Shown here: piece after piece, positions 10,351-25,936 of the stretch
Layout: each line of letters starts with the position of its first letter
Numbering within the stretch: the stretch's first letter is position 1
Source: the human T2T-CHM13v2.0 reference genome, Homo sapiens
Reading direction: 5' to 3' (one strand)
Assembly (NCBI RefSeq): GCF_009914755.1
Contig: NC_060932.1
DNA: 64,000 bases
Notes under the pieces: generated by a model
The model's database searches: none
Told to the model about the DNA's origin: nothing
The model's input: only the letters and a program-made list of their open reading frames with translations
Made by a program: the position numbers and the translations under genes

Positions 10351-10880
10351 TGCATGAGTTTCCTAGGACTGTCATAACAAATCACCATAAACTGGGTGGC
10401 TTACAACAGCAGCCATGTATTCTCCCACCGTTCTGGAGGCTAGAAATAAAAACTCCAGATGTGGACAGGGACCTGCTGCCTCTGAAGTCTCAGGGAAAAA
10501 TCCTTCCTTGCCCCTTCCTGGCTCCTGGTAGTTACTGGCAGTCCCTGCTGCTCCTTAGCTTATACATGCATCACTTCAATCTCGGCCTCTGTCAGCACAT
10601 TCCTTCCTCTCTCATCTCTCTGTGACCTCTCATCTTAACCTACCTAATTATATTCTGCAAACACCCTGTTTCCAAATACGGTAATTTTTGTTTGTTTGTT
10701 TTTTTAGAGATGGAATCTTGCTATCTTACCCAGGCTGGCCTCCAACTCCTGGGCTCAAGAGATCTTGCAATCTCAGCCTCCCAAGTAGCTGATACTACAG
10801 ACATGCACCACCACACCAGGCTCTTTTGAAGTTTTGCATGGACGTGAATTTTTGGAGAGAAACTGTTCAACCCCATACAT
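10351..10880 (-). mobile_element. MLT1 (MLT1C-like) MaLR LTR
   Basis: AGTTTCCTAGGACTGTCATAACAAATCACCATAAACTGGGTGGCTTA is the reverse complement of an MLT1 3' end. Confidence 0.7.
10686..10822 (-). mobile_element. FLAM monomeric Alu inserted in the MLT1
   Basis: Single ~135-bp arm with T-rich tail. Confidence 0.75.
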
Positions 10881-11620
10881 GGCTAATATGGATTTAGCAA
10901 GTATTTGTTCCATATTTGCTGAGAGATGTACTCAAGGGGCTGCTCAGAGCAGCCATGACAACACTGCAGTCGTAGGATCCCACAGCAGCCCCCTTTTGTT
11001 CTCTGTCCCTCCCATGCACTTGATCACATGGCCGGTTCCATTGTCATCTTGATCCATCTAAATCATAGGTTCTGCCTTATTAGGGCTTTCATTGATCCTG
11101 TTGCCTGCCAAGTTCACCACGCCATCCGTGGTGTGGCAATAGGGATATTCCTCGGTGAGCCCAAGCTTGTGTCTGACTCCCCACATTCTCCTCTAGCCAG
11201 TCACTCACTGCTTTTCCTGAAAATACTCATCTTCACCTACATCTCTCAACTTTTGACTAAGCTGCTTTCTCCTCCTAGAGAGCCTTGCCACCCCCTTCAC
11301 CTATGGTGACTTCACTCATTCACTCTTCCTGGAAACACAGCAGGGTTGATCACCACCCATTTCCGTTCCCCTTCTTCCTGCCCCTCCCTCCTTGAAGTCG
11401 GGCATGTCCTCCACCGTCGATGGATGATGAGTGGAAGTGACCTGTGTCACTGTTGGGTGGGAACTTTTGTAACCACTGTGTGACTCAGCTGCTCTTCTGA
11501 CTCTTGCCGCTGTAACTAGCCAAACACCAAATGGTGGAGGCTCCATTCCCTGGGGCTTGGAGGAAGGAAACACAATGCAGAGCCTGCAACTGACCTAAAA
11601 TGGACATGTAATGTGGCAGT

Positions 11621-11965
11621 TGCTAAGGCAGGAATGTGTGTGTCCCCACTGCCCCACAGATTCACATATTGAAAGCCAACCCTCAATGTGATGGTGTTAG
11701 CAGGTGGGGCCTCTGGAAGGATATCAGGTCATGAGCGTGAAGCCCTCCTGGATGGGACCAGTGCTCTTATCAAAGAAACCCCAGAGAGATGCTTTTACCC
11801 TTCTGCCTTGTGAGATTATAGTCAAAAGATGACTGTCTACGAGGAACAGGCCCTCACCAGGCACCAGGGCCTTGATCTGGGACTTTCCAGCCTTCAGAAC
11901 CATGAGAAATAAATTTCTGCTGTTTATAAGCTACTCTGGTTATAATATTTTGTAACAGTAGACAG
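11621..11965 (+). mobile_element. MST/MLT1A-type MaLR LTR
   Basis: CCCTCAATGTGATGGTGTTAGCAGGTGGGGCC...AGAAATAAATTTCTG...TTTATAAGCTAC. Confidence 0.7.
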
Positions 11966-12422
11966 GAAAGAAAGAAAACCTGTTTCCATCTGCTGCTAAG
12001 ATTATGAGGGAGGTTGTTACTGCAGCTTAACATGGCCCATCCTGACTGATCCCCATCCTCCAGGGCCCATGCAAACTGCCAGCTCCCCCAGCTAACCTCT
12101 CATTCTCCTGCAATGAAATTCTTTTTTTAAAATTCAGTACACATTTGTTGAGAATTCATATCCCAGCAGGCACTGTGTGAGATACTAAGAATAAACAGAT
12201 AAGCAACAAAAAAAGCATATTCCCTACCCTCATGACAGCCACATCAGACCAAAAAAATGGCATAATTATATAATTGCAATTGTTGCAAGTGAAGACTATA
12301 TAACCCAAGAATCTCACCTACTCTGGAAAGTCAGGAAAAGCCCTCATGGATGAGCATGACCTTAACACCTTCAGATCTCCTGAGTATTGTGTATTTTTAT
12401 TTGTATTAGTTAGAAGTCTTTA

Positions 12423-12805
<383 letters not shown>

Positions 12806-13370
12806 TTATGGGCTCATGCAGCAGTAAGGTCCAGAGGAGAGGCGGGTTCAGCGTGGAGGATCCAGGGCTGATATCACCAGGACTCTGTCTCTAGATCTCA
12901 GCATCACCCAGGTTAGTCTTATTTGGTTTTGGCTTTGTTCTCTGACAGGTTCTTTCTAGATTAAATCACAAGGCTGTCAGGTTGTATTAGGTCAATTAAT
13001 TAGGGACCTCATCTCTGAGGAAAGTAGATCCCTGAAAATTTTTCCTCATTTTTGGAGAGGTTTGGGGGAGCTTTGATATGCCTTCTTATATACTTGGCAG
13101 CCACTTGTTCTGAAATTACTGGCCCTTCACACTCTACTCATGTTTTTTGCCTCCCCTGATCATCTGCCTCCACCACCATCACCACCAACTGCACCTTCCA
13201 GTCAAACTGCCTGCCTGCCTCATTCCATCAGGCCAGCCAACTTCATGTCTTTGTGCCTTTGCTGTTGCCTCTGCAGGGTGGAACTCGTTGTTGGGGGGCA
13301 AAGGCTCCTCTATCTTGGAAACACAATACCTTACATAGGATGGATAAGACTGAAGTGATCTTTGTTAACT

Positions 13371-13556
13371 AAAGGGAAGGAAAGGAGTGAGAGGAGGGAA
13401 GAAGAAGAGAGAGAGAGATGGGAAGAAAGAAGGAAGGGAGCAGAGGAAGAAAGAAGGAAAAGAGAGGGTTGAAGAGAGGAAGGGAGAGAAGGGGAGGGGA
13501 GGGAAGGAGAAAGTGAGAAGGAAGGAAGGAAGGGAGGGAGGAAGGAAGGAAGGGAG
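13371..13556. repeat. Polypurine (GA/GGAA)-rich low-complexity tract
   Basis: Almost pure A/G for ~185 bp. Confidence 0.9.
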
Positions 13557-14449
13557 ATAGATTTCAGTCTAATATACAGACAATTGGCTTAAAACTACCC
13601 TCATTCATCCAGGATTAGAATACAGGATGGTTCTTTGGCATTTTCTAAGCTTTATCCTGCCTCCAAGGCTGCATTTACCTTATTAAGAGAGGGGCTCAAT
13701 GACTTTCTGAGAGAGAATGATTGTAGAGAGAATGATTGTCTTTACTGAGAGAAAAGTTAGATTTAGCCTCACTGGATCTCCCACCTGGCTCTTGACTGAT
13801 GATTCCCTGCCGCCATCACCTGGGATCTGGCTTAAGCATTGCAAAAGGATTTTGTAGCAATCATTCAACTTATTCCCTAACCTGATTGTGGGATAATGAC
13901 ACCTGACTTTGCATTTTTTGTACATAATTAAATTTCAAGTAGGACATACCTTTGCTGGACCTGGAGGTACATTCCATCTTGGTCAATAAATTATCCTGCT
14001 CAATGTGATTAGAATTAGAAATGCAAGTGTAAGCCTTTTATTTGTTCACTTGTAATGCTTTCTGAAGCTAAAGTCTAAATGGCTCTTAGATTCATTCCTG
14101 ACATGTAGCCTACTAACCCACAGCTCAGCAACAGCACTGATTCTGTAGGAGCCTGTTGCTCCCGCTTTCTGGAAAGAGACTGAAACGTCTACCCCATCCA
14201 GGCATCCCAGCAATGTGTAATTTTGGCTCCCACCAGGACAAGATGCAAGAAGAGAGGGGAAATTCACCCCAATTCTAGGCAACACAGGGAAGACTATTCA
14301 CCCTGTGTGCTGCAAAAAAATCAGACATATGCACAGGGAATGACAGGCTGCAGCACAGAAGAGCTGATGTTATCTTCAAATTACAAGACAGACCAAAGCA
14401 CAGCTGCCCTGTTGTTAAGCAAAAAGGAGAGGAGAAACCAATGGGCTTT

Positions 14450-14901
14450 TGTGAAAATTGTCAGAATCAAAATGGGGTCAATTGTGTTAAAAAAAAAATT
14501 TGAAAATGGAGTGAGGGAAGGCCATAAGGACAAGGTGCTCATGCAAAAATGCCGGATAATAAAAAGTATCACAAAAGACCACAAAAACCACAACCTTACA
14601 CAAAGGCCATTGCAAACTTACACACACACAAAAATACCTCTGCAAGGATATCCTCCCAGCAAGTCCCTGCCCAGCCTTGGACAGATACCATGCTTGTTAT
14701 TAATTCTTGTAGCCAAGGATGATTACCAAAAACAATTATGTGGTCCTCCTCATTTTTCCTTTAAAAGTCTTTGGCTTTTTTTTAACCTCCCTAAATATGA
14801 ATATAGTTTAGTATTACACATGTATTCCCATTGCAATGTTTATTCTCAAAGAAATATAATTTTCTTTAAGAGATTCTCCCTCTCTATTATTTAGGATAAC
14901 G
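14450..14901 (+). mobile_element. 5' LTR of MER65-like endogenous retrovirus (ERV1, MER4 group)
   Basis: Starts TGTGAAAATTGTCAGAATCAAAATGG; homologous to 23668-24115; directly followed by a PBS. Confidence 0.85.
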
Positions 14902-14905
14902 TAAC

Positions 14906-14923
14906 TGGTGTCAGAAGTGGGAT
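14906..14923 (+). other. Primer binding site, tRNA-Leu
   Basis: TGGTGTCAGAAGTGGGAT is complementary to the tRNA-Leu(CAA) 3' end ATCCCACTTCTGACACCA. Confidence 0.9.
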
Positions 14924-17678
14924 TTGAAGCCCGATAATCTTTGGAGAAAGTGTGTGATTCTTGGAAGTGGTGTGCAGTCAGCACATCTGAGTCCTTTGAG
15001 CTCTTTTCTTCCACAGCTCACCTTTTCATCCCTGGTGAGCATTCTCTTAGGCCAAGACTCCATTTTTTTGGTAAAAGCTCTTTGACTTTATTTGAGACCT
15101 GATTTGGGCAAGCCCAACTCAAATAAAAGACCTTGCATTCCTCCTGGGAAAAATAAGATTTTTTTTGTTTTTTTCTGACAAGTCCCTTCTAGTACAAAGT
15201 GATCTTGTCTTTCTGATGGGTATACTTTTCTGGTTTCTATGGAACTTATGTTCTGTTAGTGAGGCATGCCTTTACTGGTGCATTCACTATTGATTCCTTC
15301 TGCATACCTGGTTTAATATTTTGCTTGATCTGCGTGCCTGGCTTAAGATTTTTGTAAACACTTTGATTTTGGTTTATTTTAGTTTGGCTATGCATGTCTA
15401 TATATAATTTGGATTATTTTCCCCCATGCTTGTTTCTGAGCGTTTTCTGAGAACAAAAATAAACATTCTAAATGGTGGATGTGAGATGACCAATTAAAAG
15501 CCACTGGGGAGGTTGCCATCATCTAAAACACTGGTCTAAACTCTTGACATTCCCTGACAGGATTTATAGGATTTACTCTGCTCTCAAGAGAATAAGAAAT
15601 GAAATGGGATTCTCAAATATTAAGGCATGCCAGTTTTCTGGGACTCCATCCAGCTACATGGCTTTTCCTCATGCACATTTTTAAATCAGTGGCCCTCATA
15701 GGAATCATCAGAACTCCCCAAGCTTGTTTTCCTTGGTACCAAATTTTAAAACTGCAACTATAAGGTTAAAATAAAATGCCAGCACGTAAAAGCTCTTAAT
15801 TGATCTATCTCTCTTTATTTCCCTTTTTTTAACCTCCTCTCCCATTGCTTTAAATCTGCTCTCTTTTTCACTGTTATTAAGATAATCTACTGTTGTTAAT
15901 TTCAAAAACACTAAAAGGTTTTTCTTAGGGCACTTCAGCCAAGACTTTAAAAGCGAGAGAGTGCTTTGAAATTACAACAGCTCCATGATAACCAACAACC
16001 TAACCTTGCACACCTAAGAGCCATCCCTTTTGGAAATGCAAATTTAGGTTTACTGAGCTATAATCACTTAGTGTGATGGAACAGTTAATTAAAAGATTGA
16101 TAATCTAAAAGAGAAACAACAAGACAGCATGTTTATAAAAGTTATGTTCTCAGATCAAACAGGTCAAAGTCTTGAGATCAGAACAATAATATAAGGTTTC
16201 CCTATCCAGCGTAAAAATTTTGCTTTGTCTGCCACACATACACCAGCAAAAGCCAAGGAAAAAACCCCGAAACTATAAACATCTTTCTCTAAAATGTTCC
16301 CTGCCCACATCAACTAATCAAGCAAACCAGACCTATAAACAAAAAGATAAATGTGTTGCTAAAATTCAAGGCCACCTGGATATTTTTCCCTTGTACAATT
16401 TAGCCAGTCATAACTGAAATATAAACATTTAAATATTTAAACCCTGAACTCATTTAAGCTAAAAAAAATGATAAAAAGAGGTTTTTAAAAAGCAAACTGC
16501 AATGAAAACCTCTTTACTTGAAGCTTTGGTACACAGCCTTCGTGAGATTACCTACGGAGTAAAGTAAAATGTAGCCAGAAAAACAGGTTCCAGTTTATCA
16601 GAAATATCATTTGGATCCAACTGTCCTTGCATAAATCAGTGAATTTATATTGCTGTGTTTTACTGGTAGAGAATCTGCTTTTGTGTATTTGTGTTGTCTG
16701 TCTGTTTTCATTTTGTTTGTATATTTTTCTACCAAAATATATTACAAAGCCTTAATTAATTAATTGACTTGAAACCTTAAGTACTTAAATCAAGTATTTC
16801 ATCAAAAATATACTAACTCGGTTTTAAGTTCATAAAACTTAGATAAATCTTTGGTAAATAAAATAATTTTAAAATTGTTGGTAAAATAAAAATAGAAATG
16901 TCTTCAGAATTGCCAACATATGTTTTTCCCTGGGTTTAGTGATCAGATCATTTTATATTTGTCTTTGCTAGATGCTTTAACATGTCAGGCAAGGTTTAAC
17001 ACTAAGGTCATAAAACGATAAACCCAGCCTAAAAAGAGAATGATCTTTGTTTATGTAAGTCTTTGGTAATTAAAACTAATTTAATATTATTGATTTAATG
17101 AAAACAGCTATAGTTTTGAAGTTATCCACAAAATGCTCAAATATTTAACTTTAAGGTCCTTACTTGGGTGATAAACGCCTGATTTATTCACAGGCTATAA
17201 AAATGGTTAACAAAATAATAGCTTACGATAATGACTAGCCTTGTCTAATATCTCAGGTTTCATAAATAATCTAAGTATAATTGTGAAAAATAAATAAATT
17301 AGGTAAACGTAAATGGCACAAATGTTTATAAACTCTTCATAGTTTCAAAAAATCTTTTTGGTAACTTTAAATCTCAAAATTATATTAAATTAAGAAATAA
17401 ATACTCATTAAGCATCTGGGTCATTTTCAAATAAGATCAAATACTAAAACATACATTGCTAAACATAAATATATTTGTTCCTGGCTTTTTAAATTTTATA
17501 AAGAGACCAAATAAATTTATGTCTATTAATACTCCTTGAAAATTATGTTATGGAGAAATATGTTTCTAATGTTATAAAATGATTCTCATCTATAAAATAT
17601 TGATATGTGACAGAAAGTTCAAACTTTCTTACTTCCTATGTTTCACTAAAATTTAAGGTTACTAAGAGTTAAAATTCT

Positions 17679-17975
17679 TTTTTTTTTTTGAGACGGAGTC
17701 TTGCTCTGTCTCCCAGGCCGGAGTGCAGTGGCGCGATCTCTGCTCACTGCAAACTCCGCCTCCTGGGTTCCTGCCATTCTCCTGCCCGCCCCCGGCCGCC
17801 AGTAGCTGGGACTACAGGCACCCGCCGCTGCACCCGGCTAATTTTTTTGTATTTTTCAGTAGAGACGGGGTTTCACCGTGTTAGCCAGGATGGTCTCGAT
17901 CTCCTGACCTCGTGATCCACCTGCCTCGGCCTCCCAAAGTGCTGGGATTACAGGCGTGAGCCACCGCGCCCGGCC
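17679..17975 (-). mobile_element. AluY with 13-bp TSD
   Basis: TSD GAGTTAAAATTCT at 17666-17678 and 17976-17988. Confidence 0.93.
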
Positions 17976-18439
17976 GAGTTAAAATTCTATTAATTTATAT
18001 ATATTACTGTATACAAAGTATACCAAAAAAGTAAAATATCTTTTAAATGAGAAAAGTAATAAGAAGGACATAAAACATGTTCTTTATTGAAAAAAAACCT
18101 TTTTTTCTAATTCATAAATTATTTAAAGATTATTTCAAAGTATGAATTTAAAAAGAAAATCAAACCAAGACATAAGGAAGCTAATAAGTAACACAGAGAG
18201 AGAGGTTAAAAAAAAAAAAAAACTGTTACAGATACAAAAATGTATTTTTGGTAAGAAAAATTAAAAAGAAAAAAGGAATTTTCAAAACAATAATTTAAAA
18301 ATTTGTTCTATGGTAAAATGAGTGGCTATTTATAAAAGAAAAGTGAAACAAAACTAAAGACTTAAGCCTATTGTCAAAGATCTGCACAGGTCATGAAGAT
18401 TCCTAAAGGATAAATTTATTTTTAAAAATGTGTGTGTAA

Positions 18440-18712
18440 TCCTCATGTTCTCACTTATAAGTGGGAGTTGAACAATGAGAACACATGGACACAGGGAGGG
18501 GAACATCACACTCTGGGGCCTGTTCCTGGATGAGGGCAAGGGGAAGGAGAGCATTAGGACAAATACCTAATGTATCTGGGGCTTAAAACCTAGATGACAG
18601 GTTGATAGGTGCAGCAAACCACCATGGCACATGTATACCTATGTAACAAACCTGTACGTTCTGCACATGTATCCCAGAACTTAAAGTAAACTAAAAATAA
18701 ATAAATAAAAAA
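18440..18712 (+). mobile_element. 5'-truncated L1PA 3' end
   Basis: CATGTTCTCACTTATAAGTGGGAG...CATGTATCCCAGAACTTAAAGTA plus A-rich tail. Confidence 0.9.
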
Positions 18713-20433
18713 ACTTGTGTTTAATCAAGTTGAGTAAAAGAAAATTATTTATAAGTCTTTCTAAAGATTAAGACATACACACACACACAGATACAAGTTT
18801 TCTATGTTATAACTACAAAGTTTTCTTACAATATTGATCTTCTATAGTAATATTTACAAGAAGTTACAAGTTTTGACTTTTAATTCTGAAAATTTTCAGC
18901 CATCATCTGAACCACAGCTTTTATTTGTTTTATAGTCTCCATTTAATGTCCCTGGTTTCAGGCTAACAATACTGTCTTCTTCACTTAAAAAGGCAATTTC
19001 ATTTCTAGAGGTAGAGTGTTTTTCTATAAACTTTTCAATTCAATTTTGCTGTATCTCGCAACACAGAATTTACAGGTCATACATCATTGCCTTTTGTTCT
19101 TCCTTTTTCTCCCCTTAAACAGATTCTCTTTGCTTGGCTGGGGTGATAACACTCTCTTTCAACTTTTTTTGTCTGCTGCAGTAACTTTTTCCTCTGGTCC
19201 TAACTGTTGGCATGGCCCAGTGTGAAAATGTTTGTCTTAAAGGCCTAAAAAAGCAATACTTTCTTCCAGTATAACTTGGTTCTGTACTGTTGACTTTTCT
19301 TGGTATGTTTTGATTGTTCCATTTAGCAGGAAATTTTACACACTTTTACTTTTTTTAAGAGCCATGTACTCCTCTGCTTAAAGCAGTAGTTTTCTTGTTT
19401 ACTTCTTCTATGATATAGTGTAAACGTTAACCTTAGACACAAACTTTTCTTGTGCCTGATTAAAGTTAAGTACCTTTTCACCAGGTTTAACTTCCAGATT
19501 ATCTAAGCAGACTTTCCCTAATGCAAAACGATCACACTGTACATTTTTTCTTTACCTTTTGGTAACTGGCCTATAAAATAAAGAATTTATAATTTCCTTT
19601 GCTTCATGTTGCTTTTATTAGTTTTTCTGATTACTTTAAAAAACTAAGCTTTATAAGGGTTATGGTTTCTTTTTAATATCCATGTAACTTTCTGTATTGC
19701 TTTTGAAGTCTTTGATTGTCACTCTGGTTAAATAAATGACTACTATTGCCGTGACCTGTTAACTTGTTTGATCAAATGTTTTGAAACTTTTGACTTCTCT
19801 GACAGGGTTTTCCAGGACCAAGTTCTAAATTAAGTCATTTTGACCTAAAATTAACTTTGAGATTTTCCAGTTGGGGCCCTGGAGAATCTGAAAGGATATA
19901 TCTCTCAGTTTGTAGAGATATTAAATAATTAGGTTTATTTTGTAGATTGCATTGGAAGAAACATTGCCAAATGATAAGTGATGCTAGATTTTCTTTTAAT
20001 TACATATATGGGTATGTTATTGATATAAATGTTCTAAAATTATAGAAAACTCTTAAAAATATTTTATCAGACTTGATTCTGGTTATTATGCTGTATGCCA
20101 CAAAATAACCAAATTTCCTTGTCAATTTCTGGTTCTGATAAATTTTCATCAGGTTTTTAACCATGGTTATTCTAAGTTTTTGTATCTACAGTTATTATTT
20201 AAAATAGTTCTCTAAAGGCATCTGCAATCAGATTCATGAAAAAAAACCTCTAATGAGTACATTTAAATACAGGCTTCTAAAAACTTAAAGATCAATGGAT
20301 TAAATAAAAATTTTTTAAATTCTGGTTTTTAAAAGACCTGATAAATTCATGAAACTGCTAACTAAGTTCAAGTACAACAAAATTAATTACATGAAACTAA
20401 CTGAACTAATGAAAAAAGTATGGTTTTTATGGC

Positions 20434-20698
20434 CTCTGTTGACCAGGCTGGACTGCAGTGGCGTGATCTCACTGCAACCTCTGCCTCCCAGGTTCAAGCG
20501 ATTCTCTCCTTCCTCAGCCTCCAGAGTAGTTGGGATTAAAGGCACCCACCACCATGCCTGGCTAATTTTTGTATTTTTAGTAGAGTTGGGATTTCACCAT
20601 GTTGGCCAGGCTGGTCTCAAACTCCTGGCCTTAAGTGATCCGCATGCCTTGGCCTCCCAAAGTTCTGGGATTACAGGAGTGAGCCACCACACCCGACC
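20434..20698 (-). mobile_element. AluS, tail missing
   Basis: Alu consensus match. Confidence 0.9.
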
Positions 20699-20780
20699 AC
20701 AATGCTGATTCTTTATTTAAATGTTTTGCCTTCCAGATTTAAGAAAACTTTCTGTCTTAAACTACCTATAATTTATAGCA

Positions 20781-21112
20781 GGCTGGGCACAGTGGCTCAT
20801 GCCTGTAATCCCAGAACTTTGGGAGGCCAAGGTAGGCCAATTGCTTGAGACCAGGAGTTTGTTGGAGACCAGCCCAGGAAACATGCGGAAGCCCCATCTC
20901 TACAGAAAATACAAAAATTAGCCGAGCATACTGACAATTGCCTGTAATACTAGCTACTCTGGGACTGAGGCAAGACGATCCCTTGAGCCTGGGGGTTTGA
21001 GGCTTCAGTGAGCCTCAAACAGTGATCATACCACTGCACTCTAGCCTGGGCAACAGAGAGAGACTCTGTCTCAAAATAAACAAACAACAAACAAACAAAT
21101 AAATAAATAAAA
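20781..21112 (+). mobile_element. AluJ
   Basis: Diverged dimer with J-type right arm. Confidence 0.88.
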
Positions 21113-21327
21113 GAGTATAAAGCAATTTAGTAAAGTATATCTTTGTAAACAAAAGAGAACATTTACCTTTTCTCTGCACACTTGAGTCTTCCAAAATTTG
21201 AAAACTATTCATAAGTCTTCTCATTCTTTATGAAAATATAGCTGTTTATGTAAGTTCAGTAAGATTCAGCTCTTTTTATAACAAGATACAATTGAAAATA
21301 CTGGTTAAATTACCAATGTTTGACTAA

Positions 21328-21697
<370 letters not shown>

Positions 21698-21781
21698 CTC
21701 AAAAGGTTTTTAAATCTGAGAATAATATGTGGTCAAATCACTATTCTCACAGACAACATTTGCTAAAACTAAGGTTATCTA

Positions 21782-22222
<441 letters not shown>

Positions 22223-22632
22223 TCATTTACCTGTAGAGTGGACGTAGATCCTGAATTTTCTTGATTGCCTCCAATATTCAGCCACAACTCTCCAATAAGA
22301 ACAAAAATTGCTCTGTTCTTAAAGTCCTGAATGCTAAAGCTAGTTAACTTAATATAAATTTCAAGGGACAAGTCTCATGCCTAATATATGGGCCACACAA
22401 GAAGCTCACCAAACCTGATGTCATAACCAGACACAAGTAGTTGATGACTTCATGCTGTGGATGACTTTCCCAAGACAACAGAACAACACCCCTCATATGA
22501 CAGTCTTGTCCTTCTTATTTTTTTCTTTCTTATGCCTACCTTTCTCGTGCTTTACCCGGATACATTCCTCCATGAAAGCTGAGACCCAATACACAAAATT
22601 TGTTTTAAAAGCAGGCCACATGGTTATGATAG

Positions 22633-22984
<352 letters not shown>

Positions 22985-23341
22985 GCCTTTAAGTCTATTA
23001 TTATAGCTCAAAACTATTAAACGAACTGGAGTTGTCATATTACTATGACATACTAAATGTTACTTTGTATTTTTCTTTGAAACTTTGTACGTGTTACTTG
23101 TCTAATTTCTGCAAAAGTATGATTCCTATCAAAATGATGTTGTCCCTGCACTTTGAGATAATGGCCCAAAGACTACAGAACAGACAAAATTAAACTTAAC
23201 AGTGGACTTCAGGTAGACTTAGCCTAAATGTCACTTCCTCCAAACCTTAGATGCCTTGTTGCTCAAATGTGGCTAAGACCAACAACCCAGGACAAGTCCA
23301 TCACAGCATTGAGGAGCAATCAGATCACAACTGCAGGATGA

Positions 23342-23635
<294 letters not shown>

Positions 23636-23667
23636 TTTGGAAAAAGATTTTAATCAAAAGGGAGAAA

Positions 23668-24115
23668 TACGAAAGTTGTCAGAATCAAAATGGAGTCACT
23701 TGTGTTAAACAAACTCTTAAAAAGTAGAGCTGAGGAAAACCATAAAGGAAGGGTTCTCATGCACAAATGCCTGATAACAAAAACTATCACAAAAGTCTCT
23801 ACAAAAAAACACAACTTATCCAAAGCCATTGCAACTTTACACAAAAGAATGCTTCTGCTAGGACATCTGTCTAGCAACTGCCTGTCCAACCCTGGACTGA
23901 TTCCATCCTTCTTATTGATCCTTGTAGTCAAGAACAATGATCTTAAAACAATTATATAGTCTTCCTCATTATTCCTTTAAAAACTTTCATCTTTCTTTGC
24001 CTCCGTGAATCCACACATAGTTTACCGTGACACATGCGTCTCCATCACAATGCTCGGTCGCAAATAAATGATATTTTATTTTAGAAAGTCTCCCTCTCTG
24101 TTATTCTCTGTTATT
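23668..24115 (+). mobile_element. 3' LTR of the same provirus, terminal ~10 nt missing
   Basis: Follows PPT; colinear with 5' LTR; AATAAA near 24063; ends in duplicated CTCTGTTATT. Confidence 0.85.
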
Positions 24116-24253
24116 CTCACCTAATTCCCCATGGCCATTTGATTTATTCAGTTGGTTGCCTTTAAGCCTTTTTTTTTTTTCTGAGACACAGTCTTGCTCT
24201 GTTGCCCAGGCTGGAGTGCAGTGGCGTGATCTTGGCTCACTGCAAACTCTGCC
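24115..24253 (+). repeat. Templated copy of 22634-22775 (ERV internal sequence plus Alu 3' end)
   Basis: Direct alignment, ~7 substitutions plus a poly-T length difference. Confidence 0.92.
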
Positions 24254-24814
24254 CTTACCTTAAACCTAAACCTAAGGATGATGCCCTTAACTTAAACCTA
24301 AGCAGGTTCAAAGAGTTCACCTGAGTAGGTGGGGAGGTTGCACCTAATAATTTTCCTTACAAGTGTAGAGCACAGGGAGTTTTCAGAGGGAATTCCCATC
24401 TGTCCTGTTATTTCACAGATGAGGAAGCTGAAGCCACACTTGACTAGCACCAAAAAGAAATCCAACTCCTGGCCTAGGCTTGGGAAAGGGGTCCCAATGA
24501 CCCAGGGGCTGCATAGTTGCTGGACAGGATCTGGTGACATGGGCAGTCTATTGGACCCTAAGGAAACATGCAACCAGTGGCTGTGACCATGGAGGAGGAA
24601 GCAAAGCCAGCGAGCACCAGGAGAAGAGAAAACGTGGCTACAGCTGCCCAAGCAGCCAGCTGGACGAAGCTGAGGACAGGGTGGATTCTGAATTGCACAT
24701 CTGCCTAAAACAAATGGGCCATCCGTAGTTTTATAGCAGGTCAATACTTATATTTGGCCAGGTAGACAGAGACTTTATCTTCAGCACATGAGCATCTAGT
24801 GTAAGTAGACCAAG

Positions 24815-24995
24815 TTTTTTTTTTTTAAGAGACAGGATGGGATCTCACTATGTTGCCCAGGCTGGAGTGCAGTTGCTGTTCACTGGCACGACCATATCGT
24901 ACTACAGCCTCAAACTCCTGGGCTCAAGTGATCCTCCTGCCTCAGCCTCCTGGATAACTGGAACTGACTGCAGGCACCCACCACCACACCCAGCT
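24815..24995 (-). mobile_element. FAM (fossil Alu monomer)
   Basis: GTGCAGTTGCTGTTCACTGGCACGACCATATCGTACTACAGCC resembles the FAM-specific 7SL-derived segment. Confidence 0.8.
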
Positions 24996-25073
24996 ATTAG
25001 ACTTAGTTTTTTTCTTGAGCTGATAGTAAACTAAGAAAAGCTATAGAAATGATTGTTACTGTCATAATAACTA

Positions 25074-25385
<312 letters not shown>

Positions 25386-25642
25386 CATAATAACTATTTT
25401 TAAGCTTTTAGAAAGAAATGCTTCATGTACAACTATTAGAAAATTCAGATACTCACAAAATACATACACATATACATATATATGTACATGCATCAAAAAA
25501 GGAAATCACAAAAATTAAAATAAACTACCACTCAGAAATAATCACTGTTAATATTTTTATGCTTATCCCTCCAGATGTTATTCTACGAGTGTGTGTGTAA
25601 ATATATATTTAAAATATATTGATAGTATTCAAGTATAAATAG

Positions 25643-25936
<294 letters not shown>

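Noticed and set aside
13711-13740. 15-bp tandem duplication GAGAGAATGATTGT
   Set aside because: Ordinary slippage duplication with no evident function
14223-14894. 223-aa ORF
   Set aside because: Non-ATG start, runs through the LTR, no gag/pol/env motifs
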